Assembly (NCBI GenBank): GCA_946965045.2
Contig: OX337242.1
Coordinates: 682,001-746,000 of the forward strand
Direction of reading: 5' to 3'
DNA: 64,000 bases
From: Epithemia pelagica
Taxonomy: Eukaryota; Protista; Bacillariophyta
The first letter of the stretch is position 1. Each line of letters opens with the position of its first letter. Below, piece by piece: positions 33,343-43,709 of the stretch. The notes beneath the pieces are model-generated. The model was not told the DNA's origin. It saw only the letters and a list, made by a program, of their open reading frames with translations, and made no database searches. A program made the position numbers and the translations under genes.

Positions 33343-34189
33343 ATGCCTGCACAATACGAACGAATTCGAGAAGCCTCAAAGAGACAGATCATGGGAGACC
33401 TTTCGCCCAACAAAACTTCCAGTGGCATGTCTACCGATCCGCAGTCATCCGTCGCTGACCATGAGGAATGGCTGAAGTCCATTTACGATGAAATGGAGAA
33501 GAGGATTAATGATTTGAAGGATCAATGTGATTGCGAGAAGAACAAGCAACAGCAAGTTTTTGCCTCGGCCATGGTCAAACTATCACGGAATGTCAAGAAC
33601 ATGACAGTATCGGAATTCAACGCAGTGTACAAGGTTGATTTGCTTCAAACCCTGCAGAGATCACAAAATATGCATTTCACTGGAACATCGGCATTGATGC
33701 CTCTAGACGCTAATCTACAAACACCTGGTGGGGTACCAAAGTATGCCATGCCGAAAAAGAAGAACATCACAACGCCATTCCGCACTGTGAGAAAGGGGGA
33801 ACAACTATTGTAAGAAAAGACAAGGAAATCGCATCGTGAAAAATGTCAGACGGTATATATCTCACATTTCATTTTGTGCTTACAGCTCCAAGAACGGCTC
33901 TCCAGTAGAGGGAGTCGGTGAAGTCACCAACCATGTTGGTGGTGGAGAAGGAATGCCTCGATTGGTGGCCACCGTAACGAAAGCACCTGTTGGAGGATCC
34001 CGCCTAAAGGCTACTTCGGCAACAACGTCCCTGGAAATTGATGTTGGCAACGGGCAGCTAATTTCTTTGAACGATCCCAAAGCGGTGGCAATAAAGCAAT
34101 TGGCTCCGGAACAACTCACCGCAACAATGATGCAACTCCAAATGCTCAAGGACCAGGTCGATTCGGCCATGCAACAACTAACGAAGTGA
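33343..34189 (+). CDS. CDCA8: Borealin-like chromosomal passenger complex subunit
   Basis: N-terminal coiled coil EMEKRINDLK...KLSRNVKNMTVSEF. C-terminal TPFRTVRKGEQLF-SKNGSP is created by splicing intron 33810-33885 (76 bp). Confidence 0.65.
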
Positions 34190-34471
34190 TCATCCACACG
34201 AACTTCTCGACAATTGAGAATTGGTGCTCGAGTATTAAATGATACTTTCACTGAAAGTGACAATGCCTTTTTATTTTCCTTGGATTAGTCGACCTCAATC
34301 GTTCCGCATGAACGAAGAAGAGCCGCTGTATTAGAAGCTGTACAATAATGGTCTAAGACACTTCCTTGCACTCACAATAAGATGCCTCTGTCTATATAGT
34401 GAGCGGGTTGTATCATGGACCCTCCTCACCAACAAACCTACGACCACGATGATGTTTGCACATCTGGTGCT

Positions 34472-35438
34472 TCATATCCATCCTCGTAGCTGGCAGTGTA
34501 CCTGAGAGATAAAGAAGACAGAACCCGCATCAGATCATTATTACGGGGGAAAGCAAACTAAAAGAAAGTATCATCAATGTTACTTACCTTTGCCACAGCT
34601 GTCATGTAGTCAGCCCGACCCACCGATTGAGCGTACTGTGTTTCTATGGATTGTCTCATGTAATGCGCTGCCTTGGTGGGTTCTTGTCGAACTTCAGCAA
34701 ACAAAGCCAAGTAAAACAGACTATAAAACTCGTCCGATAAGGTTGCTTTGCGAGAACCCAAAAGGGCCAGTTCTTCTTCCGTGGTGGTACCCCGAAACAG
34801 TTTGTAGACAACGGCCATGATAGGCCGTCGATCTCGTTGGTTGGGTGGTAACGACATGGCATCTGGAACTGGAAAGGTGTTTGGATCCTTGCGCAAGGCA
34901 CTGGCAATGTCCCTGTCAAACGAGAGAAGAAGTGTTTTGACCGCAATCTGTGAGGAGTTCTGGTTCACACACACACGTCGTGGATCTCCATGATCCATGG
35001 CGTTACAGGTTGGTGCGTGTCCCCATTTATTACGCACCAGACAATTTCTTCCACATCCAATGGATTGACTTTGACATCGAGTTGAAACTGTTGGCGAGCT
35101 TTGGTAAACTCATTGGCATAATAATAGGACAAGCCACGTTGCCACAAAAACGGGGCATATCGTGGTTCTTCCTGTTCGGCCTGATCAAACAATTCAATGG
35201 ATTTGGGGACTTGACTTTGCCGAAAGGCTAGCATGCCTTCGGAAACTCGCTGACGTGCCTCGTTGACGCCAAACAGACGAGTTGGAAGAGAGGAGATCCT
35301 GCTGCTTCCAGGTCGTCGTGAGACGGCCGCCATGCCTGGACTCAAGCAAAAGGAGCACACGGGCTGATGGAGCCATATGCCAAGTCCGATGCAAATCAGC
35401 AACACTACATTTGGGAGTATGCGCCCATTACCCATCAT
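34472..35438 (-). CDS. NlpI-like TPR protein, probably plastid-targeted
   Basis: LWQRGLSYYYA, DVKVNPLDVEEIVW, FYSLFYLALF, DYMTAVAKVHCQLRGW. Introns 35037-34913 and 34587-34502. Leader ...QPVCS|F. Confidence 0.8.
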
Positions 35439-35768
35439 GATTGCACAACGACTTCCATTCTAGATTCCAAAAGACTTTTGTACCGTCGCCTACGCCATGG
35501 TCAGAATTGCTTCCGAGAGATGGGTGTGAGTCAGTGTGCCGTCCGTCTGTCTGTCATTCTATTAGGAGTTATTTTCATTTTCTGTTTTACTAGAGGAGTA
35601 GTTTAACATATTTTGAAGAATAAGAAGAAGCAACCATCGTTCCAAGTTTGCAACAGAACGTCCGAACAAAACACAATGGGACCGGTGTGCTTCTCGTCGT
35701 ATCTCGTCCACACATGCGCAGACTCTCCGAATTACCTACACCTACCTAGACCAGCAGCATGGCATTGT

Positions 35769-38700
35769 TTACGGAGCGGCTCCACCCGTGACGGTAAAGA
35801 GACTGTTGCTGGCCGACGCCAAGGACAGAATCAGATCCCTACCGCCACCCAGCAACAGGACCAAGAGGAGTGTGAGGGCCACTCCCACCAAGATGAGTTT
35901 TGTTTGGGACGATAGACCGACACGGGACGACGTAACAGAGGTGGTGGACGACCATGACGATGGCAAGGTCCAGGATGCTGGGAGTGGGGACAAGACTTTG
36001 GGACGGGTATGATTGCGCACCAATTCCATTTCATGGACGCGCGTCGGGGCGTCGGGTGTCAAGGGGGGCCGACCATCGTGGGCCCTTAAGCGGTGGGCCA
36101 ACTTGTGCGACAACATGTGGGCGCAGGCGGCCACGGTCACGAGGGGTGTCACGAGAGTCGCCGTGGGAAACAAACTGCCATCCATGACATACAAGTGAGT
36201 GCAGTCCCAAACTTCGCCATACATGTCCACCACACCTTGATCCGGCAAGGCACTCATGCGACAGGATCCAAATTGGGCGTCGGAATACAAGAAACAAGAT
36301 TCGGCCAGGTTCAACTCGTGAATGCGACGCTGCAACACGTGGTCCCCCGGAAACGGCGGAGTGGGTTCGGTACCCGTACTGTTGTTGCCGTCACTGTTGG
36401 GGGGACGTGCCAATTCCTCGACCAGGCCCGGGAGGGTGGCAATGTCCTTGGCTCCCGCGGCCAACAAGAGTCGCGAGGCTGCCAACATGCCCTGACGCAA
36501 TCGTTCTTGATCCAACAGGTCCAAGGTATAACTCACTTGCACGGCGGAAGGCGACGACGACACGGACGACCGTGCGTGTCCCAAACGACCACCACCATGA
36601 TGCCGATGACGACGATTCCACCGGATACTTCCCTGACTGGCCTCACTTTCTTTCAAGGAACAAAGGACCGGCATGCAGTCACGGAATCGTCTCATCCAAC
36701 TCTTGAATTGGAGTGGTGTCGTATAGGGAAGTTGTGTGGCCATCCAACCCGGATGCAAATTCGCGGCCTGAATGGCAATGGATGCTTCGTCGTGGTTCGT
36801 GTCACTGGCGGGGGCGGGTGAACCGGTGCTGGAAATGGGAGGCAGACAACAAATGGATTGAGCCGGTCCGGTAAAGGCATTCATTCGGGGTTGTTCCGGG
36901 TGGGAATCTTCCACCGCCATCAGTTCCGGTGGGGGCGTGGCAAAGCCCAGGACGGCGACTTTAGGTTGCAATTGCAAATGCTGTCCGACATGAGGATTTT
37001 GCGAGGCAATCCCCGATTGTTGCAACAAGACGGGAGTCGACAAGGCGCCACCAGCCAAAATGACACTTTTGCGCGCTCGAATGACAATGGGTCGTCGTCG
37101 TCTTGTTCGTCGTCGACCTTGTGGTTGTGGTGGTTGCCGAGTGGTGGTGCTGGTCACAAACGACGAGTGTGGGTCCGCTTCGTCCTCTTCTTCCCATTCC
37201 ACATGACCGGAAACACCGGTGGCGCGGGGAATGGGAGGCATGACACTGCCACTGGCGTGATGATTGGTAGTACTACTATTGGCCGTGGTCGTGGGGGTCG
37301 TTTCAATGTGGGTAATCTGACACTGATCCAACAACCAACACCGATTGGTTTGGGCGGCATCGTGCAAAAAGGTGCGAGAGATGGACGTTCGTTGTCCATA
37401 GCGATCGCCCAAGGTGACAAAGCCACTGGTATCGGGGGACTGTTCGTCCAAAGCAGCACTACTAGCGTAGAGTCGTCTTCCTGGTCGTTGTTGGTATTGA
37501 TCGGGTCGAGGATGAATATTTTGCGGCATGGTGTGCCAGGGATATCCCAATTGCAAACAGGCATTGCGAAAGGCTTGATTCAAGGGCGACAGAGTCGTCG
37601 TAGTAGTGGATGCTGTGGTTGCCGATGCCAGGCCCAATCGGTGGTGCAGGGTGGCGAGACTGGCATCAAAGGGTCCTTGGGGTTGAAAATCCAACAGCCC
37701 AAAGCGGTGGACCCAGTCGTGACGGATGGCCGTGGACAACGGGGGACACGCTCCGGCATGGCGGGCCCAGGCACTGCCTCCCACCACCCGGGCTTGCACC
37801 ACGGCAATGCGAGGCGGAGCACTGGGAGTTGTCGTTGGTGTGGTCGTTGGTGTCGTTGTCGTCGTTGGTGGCGTTGGTGTCGTGTATTGGACTCGACGGT
37901 GCCACTGCCACGTGGCCTCTTGTTCCGTTGTGACCGCCGTCGCCGCGGCTCCTCGGCCCCCTCCTTGCTCGACGACCACGACGTGATATCCCGCTTGCGA
38001 CAAGACGGCCGCAGCCACACTGCCCGATGCTCCCGATCCCACAATGACGACATCGCAGTCGACTTGCAACACTTCGGGAGACGACGACAAAGTGTCATTG
38101 GTTGTGGTGGTAGGGAGCGGAGGACGGGGCGGCAAGACGGTTTGCGACTGTTTCTTGTGAGCCGTCACGACGGCTTGGGCATCGCGCATACGTCCCAAGG
38201 CGTGGGCGGCCGTCCCCGGATATCCCAAGGGCTTCCAAAAGGGATTTTGGGCTTGCAATTTGGGTGTTGTTGTTGTGGGAGTGTTTTGGTTGTGGTTGTC
38301 GGGAGTGCCCGCGACAATGACGGCCGTGGTGGTGGACATGGCGGGATGATAGGTATAGGCCGTGTGACAAATGGCTTGTTGCAACTGACGGAGCAGGAAT
38401 CGAACCATGTGACTGTTGTGATTGTGCTGCTGCTGCAAGACGGATTGAATCCCTTGCGTTTGTTCCGGCCGTGTCCAGTCGACAAAAGCCTTGTTGTTAT
38501 TGTTGTTGTTGTCCCCAAACACTTGGTGGGTCCCCTCGACCGTCGTGAACAGATCCAACAAGGTTCGAGTGGAGTGCGACACTTCATCCTCTTCTTCGTC
38601 GTCGTTGTTGTCATTTTCATGATCATTGTTGCTTCCCAACAAGTGCCGTTCCAAGGCGTAGAGGTATCCCGGATCGTACGACAGACCAAAGGTCCAAAAT

Positions 38701-38867
38701 CGTTCCATCCCCGTCACCTTGGCTATATTTGTATGAGTATGGGTGGATTCCCATGCCGGTACGGAATGGGGTGGTAACACGGCATCCACGACACGTTTCA
38801 AGGTTTCCTGTTGGACCACCGTCAAACGAGACGACGACGATGGCGACGACGAGGATGGGATTGTCAT
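35769..38867 (-). CDS. GMC oxidoreductase, long-chain-alcohol-oxidase-like, with C-terminal TM anchor and substituted catalytic residues
   Basis: DVVIVGSGASG FAD motif, AGGALSTPVLLQQSG, GSCRM, LYVMDGSLFPT. First in-frame ATG at 38867. C-terminal LILVGVALTLLLVLLLGG. Confidence 0.88.
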   Translation of the reverse strand: MTIPSSSSPSSSSRLTVVQQETLKRVVDAVLPPHSVPAWESTHTHTNIAKVTGMERFWTFGLSYDPGYLYALERHLLGSNNDHENDNNDDEEEDEVSHSTRTLLDLFTTVEGTHQVFGDNNNNNNKAFVDWTRPEQTQGIQSVLQQQHNHNSHMVRFLLRQLQQAICHTAYTYHPAMSTTTAVIVAGTPDNHNQNTPTTTTPKLQAQNPFWKPLGYPGTAAHALGRMRDAQAVVTAHKKQSQTVLPPRPPLPTTTTNDTLSSSPEVLQVDCDVVIVGSGASGSVAAAVLSQAGYHVVVVEQGGGRGAAATAVTTEQEATWQWHRRVQYTTPTPPTTTTTPTTTPTTTPSAPPRIAVVQARVVGGSAWARHAGACPPLSTAIRHDWVHRFGLLDFQPQGPFDASLATLHHRLGLASATTASTTTTTLSPLNQAFRNACLQLGYPWHTMPQNIHPRPDQYQQRPGRRLYASSAALDEQSPDTSGFVTLGDRYGQRTSISRTFLHDAAQTNRCWLLDQCQITHIETTPTTTANSSTTNHHASGSVMPPIPRATGVSGHVEWEEEDEADPHSSFVTSTTTRQPPQPQGRRRTRRRRPIVIRARKSVILAGGALSTPVLLQQSGIASQNPHVGQHLQLQPKVAVLGFATPPPELMAVEDSHPEQPRMNAFTGPAQSICCLPPISSTGSPAPASDTNHDEASIAIQAANLHPGWMATQLPYTTPLQFKSWMRRFRDCMPVLCSLKESEASQGSIRWNRRHRHHGGGRLGHARSSVSSSPSAVQVSYTLDLLDQERLRQGMLAASRLLLAAGAKDIATLPGLVEELARPPNSDGNNSTGTEPTPPFPGDHVLQRRIHELNLAESCFLYSDAQFGSCRMSALPDQGVVDMYGEVWDCTHLYVMDGSLFPTATLVTPLVTVAACAHMLSHKLAHRLRAHDGRPPLTPDAPTRVHEMELVRNHTRPKVLSPLPASWTLPSSWSSTTSVTSSRVGLSSQTKLILVGVALTLLLVLLLGGGRDLILSLASASNSLFTVTGGAAP

Positions 38868-39026
38868 GGTGGTACAAGTACAACGACGAGAGTGGTGGTG
38901 GAGTTGTGGTCTGTTGTTGTTCCGATGAATGGTGGAGATGAAGAAAAAAAGATACGATCTTTCCACCGAAAGGCCCCCTCTTTAAATAAGGGGCTTTTTG
39001 AGATCTATAAAGGGGCGTCATGAAAC

Positions 39027-41153
39027 ATGCCCCCCTTTTCGTTCCCACCACCGACCGCGCTGTCTCTCACTCACCACCATGACACGACAATAAGCATACC
39101 GCAAAACGCAAAACGCAACACCGACAACGACAACGACCAATCCGACTACTCCTCGGAGGAGAACCAACCAAGGAGGAGAATCATGAAGAAAGAGGAACAA
39201 GAGGATACCCACCACCCAACAAACAACAACAACAACCACAACAAGACGACGAAGAAGAAGGAACCACCCGAACCAGAGTTCCTCGTGGATGATTTTGGTC
39301 GTCGTCGACCCGCACAAACCTGGAACCAGGACCGGCAGACTCCTGACGACAACGACATTCACAAGAAGGAAGAGGAACTGCGTCGTCGTCTCCAGAGACG
39401 AAAAGATGAGCAGCAACAACAACGACAAGGACAAGGACGCCCACCCAACAACCACAACAACAATAACAATAACAACCATTCGCACGACGACTCGAGGGGT
39501 CATCGTCCCCGCAATCGTTGGAACCAAGAGGACAAACGGTCCTTTTCTCGAACAAGAATCCACGACCGGGAGGAGGAAGAGGATGAGGATCGATTCGTGG
39601 CTCGAATCACCAAGCATGGTCGAGACAACGACCAACAGGGTCCAAAAAATCGTGAGCACCACAGGAACCGACGAGACTACGAGTCACGTCACCACCCACC
39701 ATCACCACTTCCACCCGTGGGAACCATTGTATCCGGAACCATTGTTCGAATCGAACCCTATGGAGCCTTTGTGGAATGGAAGGACGATACAAATAATCAT
39801 CATGGACCCGTATATCATCGCGGATTGATTCACATTCGAGACTTGTCGTCGTCGTCCAATGGTGCCCGCATCGAATCGGTCGAGGATGTGGTAAAACTCA
39901 ACGATCGTGTGTTTGCGCGGCTGGTGCGAATTGAGGAACCTCCACAATCGAATGGACGAGGACGACTCCAATTCAGTCTGTCGCTGCGAGGACTCAATCC
40001 ACAAACCGGAGAAGTGTTCGAAGACTACGAACCACAACAACACCAACAACGGCCCCGAGGACGACATGCCAATCCACACCACCAACAACAACACTATCGA
40101 CGACGACGAGCCCAAGACCGTGCCCAACTCATGCATCGATTGGGTCGAGACGTGTCGTGGAAGCAACACGACTTTCCCCCCACGGTGGATCCCTCTGTCT
40201 TGCGGTTGCTCTATTCCACCAGTCCCTCCCAGGACACGAACAAGAACAACCAGACGAAACCACCAGAAAAGGAATCGACCGTGCCAAAAAAGTCCAACAC
40301 TAGGGAACGGTCGAAACGACAACGATCCGAGGAGAGCCGTACCGACCAAGATTCTTCATCATCATCATCGTCGTCGTCGAGCGACGACTCGTCCTCGTCG
40401 TCGAGCGACGACTCGTCCTCCACATCGTCCCACCGCCCTCGCTCGTCGAGACGCCGGAATCCCCAAAAGCGGTCACGACCGTCCCGACGACCACGACACT
40501 CTTCCTCATACTCTTCAGCGGGAGAGGACCAACCAAAGAAAACTACGAAACATGCCAACACAGAACACTCTTCTTCACCAGTGCCGGAAAACAAGGTGAC
40601 ATTTGCTCAGGAGGAGGATCATGATGCATTGAAATCACAGGCATTGGCAAACGCTTCCCAGACCACGGCTGCGCCCGAGAATAGTGATGATGATGATAGC
40701 GTCGGTCCTCAGCCACCTCCCCTGGGAGACGGCGCCATGGACGATTGGCAGGGCACAGCGGCCGCTGCTGCGGCGGGAGGCGCCGGTCAGTACGGCAAGG
40801 CCTTGCTGCCCGGAGAAGGCCAAGCCATGGCCAGCTTTGTCCAACAAAATTTACGAGTCCCTCGTCGGGGAGAAATTGGGTACAATGCCGACGAAATTGA
40901 AAAGTACGAACAATCGGGCTATGTCATGTCCGGTTCGCGGCATGCCCGCATGAATGCCGTCCGCATCCGCAAGGAAAATCAAGTCTACAGTGCCGAAGAA
41001 CAACGGGCCTTGGCCTTGATTACCCTGCAAGAAAATCAACGCAAGGAAGCCGAACTTGTGGAGGATTGGAAAGAATTGTTGCAAGCCAAAAAAGACCAAA
41101 CCAAACAAAAAGCACAGCAGCAACAACAAGCAACACAGCAGTCTCTGGCCTAG
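39027..41153 (+). CDS. NKAP: NKAP-like spliceosomal protein with an internal S1 RNA-binding domain
   Basis: C-terminal YGKALLPGEGQAMA...RVPRRGEIG...GYVMSGSRHARMNAVRIRKENQVYSAEE. S1 domain GTIVSGTIVRIEPYGAFV...GLIHI...SLSLRGLNPQTGE. Start is uncertain (alternative ATG at 39183). Confidence 0.88.
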   Translation: MPPFSFPPPTALSLTHHHDTTISIPQNAKRNTDNDNDQSDYSSEENQPRRRIMKKEEQEDTHHPTNNNNNHNKTTKKKEPPEPEFLVDDFGRRRPAQTWNQDRQTPDDNDIHKKEEELRRRLQRRKDEQQQQRQGQGRPPNNHNNNNNNNHSHDDSRGHRPRNRWNQEDKRSFSRTRIHDREEEEDEDRFVARITKHGRDNDQQGPKNREHHRNRRDYESRHHPPSPLPPVGTIVSGTIVRIEPYGAFVEWKDDTNNHHGPVYHRGLIHIRDLSSSSNGARIESVEDVVKLNDRVFARLVRIEEPPQSNGRGRLQFSLSLRGLNPQTGEVFEDYEPQQHQQRPRGRHANPHHQQQHYRRRRAQDRAQLMHRLGRDVSWKQHDFPPTVDPSVLRLLYSTSPSQDTNKNNQTKPPEKESTVPKKSNTRERSKRQRSEESRTDQDSSSSSSSSSSDDSSSSSSDDSSSTSSHRPRSSRRRNPQKRSRPSRRPRHSSSYSSAGEDQPKKTTKHANTEHSSSPVPENKVTFAQEEDHDALKSQALANASQTTAAPENSDDDDSVGPQPPPLGDGAMDDWQGTAAAAAAGGAGQYGKALLPGEGQAMASFVQQNLRVPRRGEIGYNADEIEKYEQSGYVMSGSRHARMNAVRIRKENQVYSAEEQRALALITLQENQRKEAELVEDWKELLQAKKDQTKQKAQQQQQATQQSLA

Positions 41154-41488
41154 CATCCACGTCCAAACGGGAAACAGAGGAGATGGCAGTCGTTGTTGTG
41201 TCACACATCCAGGGACCTACAGACAGTACATGATACAACCAGCTCGTTTCCGAGTAGCTAGGTAGCACAAGGTAAAAACGACGTTGCGGTGTTATACTTT
41301 CTCTAGAGGGAGGGACGGATGATACAACCCGCTAGTAGTGAGCACCCCAAGGGAAAAGACCCACCGTGGTGAAATTCTTTGGCGTGTTTGGCGATGGCAT
41401 CATTGTCGCAAAATCTGTCTGTGATTCTCTCATGTGCACCTGGATCCCTACCACCGCGATTCACGTTCACACACGACATCACGTCTTG

Positions 41489-43220
41489 TCATGGTCTCGA
41501 AAAGGGATTGTTTCGTGACTGTTCCGATTCAATCAATTCCAACAGAATGATTTCCCACATGTCTTGAGAAGAGTGTTGCAAGAGACGGGGGAGTGTCAAG
41601 GTCGATTCGAGCTTGAGGGAGAGCAAGGTTTGTCGATGCGCATGTTGGACTTGGAGAATGTGACTCTTGACCTGCTGGAACTGCTCCACATCCTCCTCAT
41701 CATTATTATTATTCTTGTTCTTCTTGTGGTTGGAGGGACGACGCTCGAGTTGCATGACTTGGGCGGCTAATTTGAGTTCGAGTTGGAGCAATCGTTCTTG
41801 CAACCCCGAACACCACAGTCGGACAAATCCCCAAATCCCTTGCACTTGCAAGGCATGCAAGGCCTTGGCCGCCAATCCATGCGGACTACGGGTGGTTTGA
41901 ATCATGGATTCCAATGCTTGCACGACCTGGGGAAAATCATCTTTGTGCGTCGTCTTGGTTTGGTTGAATGGTTCGGTTGTGACGAGACTCGAGGAATCCT
42001 GCGAGGCGGATTGTACTTGTAAATACGTTTCCTTGGAATGATACGCATCTGGATTGACAATGCTCGAGAGATGGATCGGTTGCGCCTGAATCGAATGGTG
42101 ACAGACAAATTGAAATTCCCCCAAGGTTTGATCGGCCACTTCTTGCACATCTGTAACTTGATAGAGCAAGGCGACCGACGCATATTGCGCCGGTACGCAG
42201 GGATGGGCAAAGGGGACGACCACGTGCCGCTCTTGTTGATTCGTCGATTGCAACAACAAGTCTTGATACAAGCTCCGATACCGGGGTTCAAAAATTTGGA
42301 GCCTCACATTCGTATCTCCCGGCAGGGGGGATTCCACATAGGTTTGGGACGAAAAGAGCTCCAAATACCGACCGGGTTGAAATAAGGTGCCACTCAATGG
42401 AAACAAGGGCAATGTCACCAAGCTAGACGACGACTCGGGTTTGTCGGCAACTGGTGGGTCCTCCTCTTCCTCCTCCTCGTCGGGGGTGTCGTTGACGTTA
42501 TCGTCGTTATCGTTTTTGGTTGCTGTTGGATCCACTGGAGGCGGAATGGGAGGCAACCAGTCAATTCCCGACTTGGCAATCCATTCCAAGGCCCATTGAT
42601 CAGCACGTTCCATGGATTCTTCCAATTCGTCCATGGAAATGCTCGTCACCTCCTCCTCCTCCACCTTTGTTGTTGGAAGCGTTTGGGGGGCGATCCGTGA
42701 TGGCGCATTATCCGTGCTGCTGTTGGTTTCGGCTGGGTTGTGGTTCGGTTGTTGTTTGACTTGCTCGACCATCTGATCCAGACGGTTCACGGCGTCCATG
42801 GCTTTGGCAACGGCATTGGCGGTTGGTATTCGAGCGTCGTCATGGTCGTTGTTGTCATTTGTTGGTGCCCGGCGAAAGCACGTTTGGACAAACGCCCTGG
42901 CATTGGCCACCGTCACCTGGTCTGCACGTTTGAATCCATGTCGACCCCTCGTCCCAGTCCGAAACCGAGGACAGGACATGAGCGGGAAGAAGGGTGGTGG
43001 TTTTCGACGATCCACCACCCAAACTTTGTTCCAAATCTCGTGTCAAACGAAGAGAGGTTCGATACAGGGAGATCAAGGCACGACGACGACGTTTGGAGGA
43101 AGAGGAATCTGCCGTCGTCGTCGTTGTTGTTGCGGTGGAAGCGACAGAGGAGGAGCTTCTCCTGGTCAAAGCACAAGACGCTGCTCGCAACGAACTCCGG
43201 TTCATCATGAAGAATCTCAT
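41489..43220 (-). CDS. Lon N-terminal (PUA-like) domain protein, with an apparent 1-nt frameshift near 42945-42948
   Basis: TLPLFPL...LQIFEPRYRSLY motif in ORF 41489..43018. The upstream frame (ATG 43220, presequence then LYRTSLRL) joins it if one G of GGGG is removed. Confidence 0.7.
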
Positions 43221-43412
43221 GGCAATGGCACCGACTCTTCCTGACTCGGATGATATGCTTCGGTCGACCAAAATGATCCAAGATCCAACGAGGAGGGGAA
43301 ATTTCCCTCATTGGAAAAGATCGGGATTTCTAAGAAATCTCCATCGTCTTAGAAGATTATGCTTGTTAAGAAAATTATTGCGATATGATCATTAAAACGC
43401 TAGAGCGTCAAC

Positions 43413-43430
43413 GTGGACACACGTGTCCAC
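43413..43430. promoter_or_regulatory. 18-bp quasi-palindrome containing a CACGTG G/E-box in a divergent promoter
   Basis: GTGGACAC-AC-GTGTCCAC, with CACGTG at 43420-43425, between the Lon-N gene (-) and the kinase (+). Function is inferred only. Confidence 0.3.
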
Positions 43431-43709
43431 CGGTCAATGCCTAGCGGGGTTGTTTCCACCGTACAATATTATTTTTCTTAAAATTCCTAAAATATCCCCG
43501 CTAGGGCGTGATTGCCCGGTGTCAAACTTCGAAGAAAAGAAGCAACACTAAACAGAGGAGGAACAATGGCGCACTGGTTCCATAACATGGAAACGACGTT
43601 CGAGTTCGAGTACCATGGACAACGAGCAATGGATGAGCCACTGTTGTTCTCCTCGTCTCGGTTTGGTCTTCTTCTTCTTCTTCTTCTTCGTTGTCTTTTG
43701 TCATTGATC

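Noticed and set aside
36858-38777. 639-aa ORF on the + strand
   Set aside because: Antisense shadow of the GMC gene. It has no recognisable motifs and is explained by low-complexity, biased codons on the coding strand.
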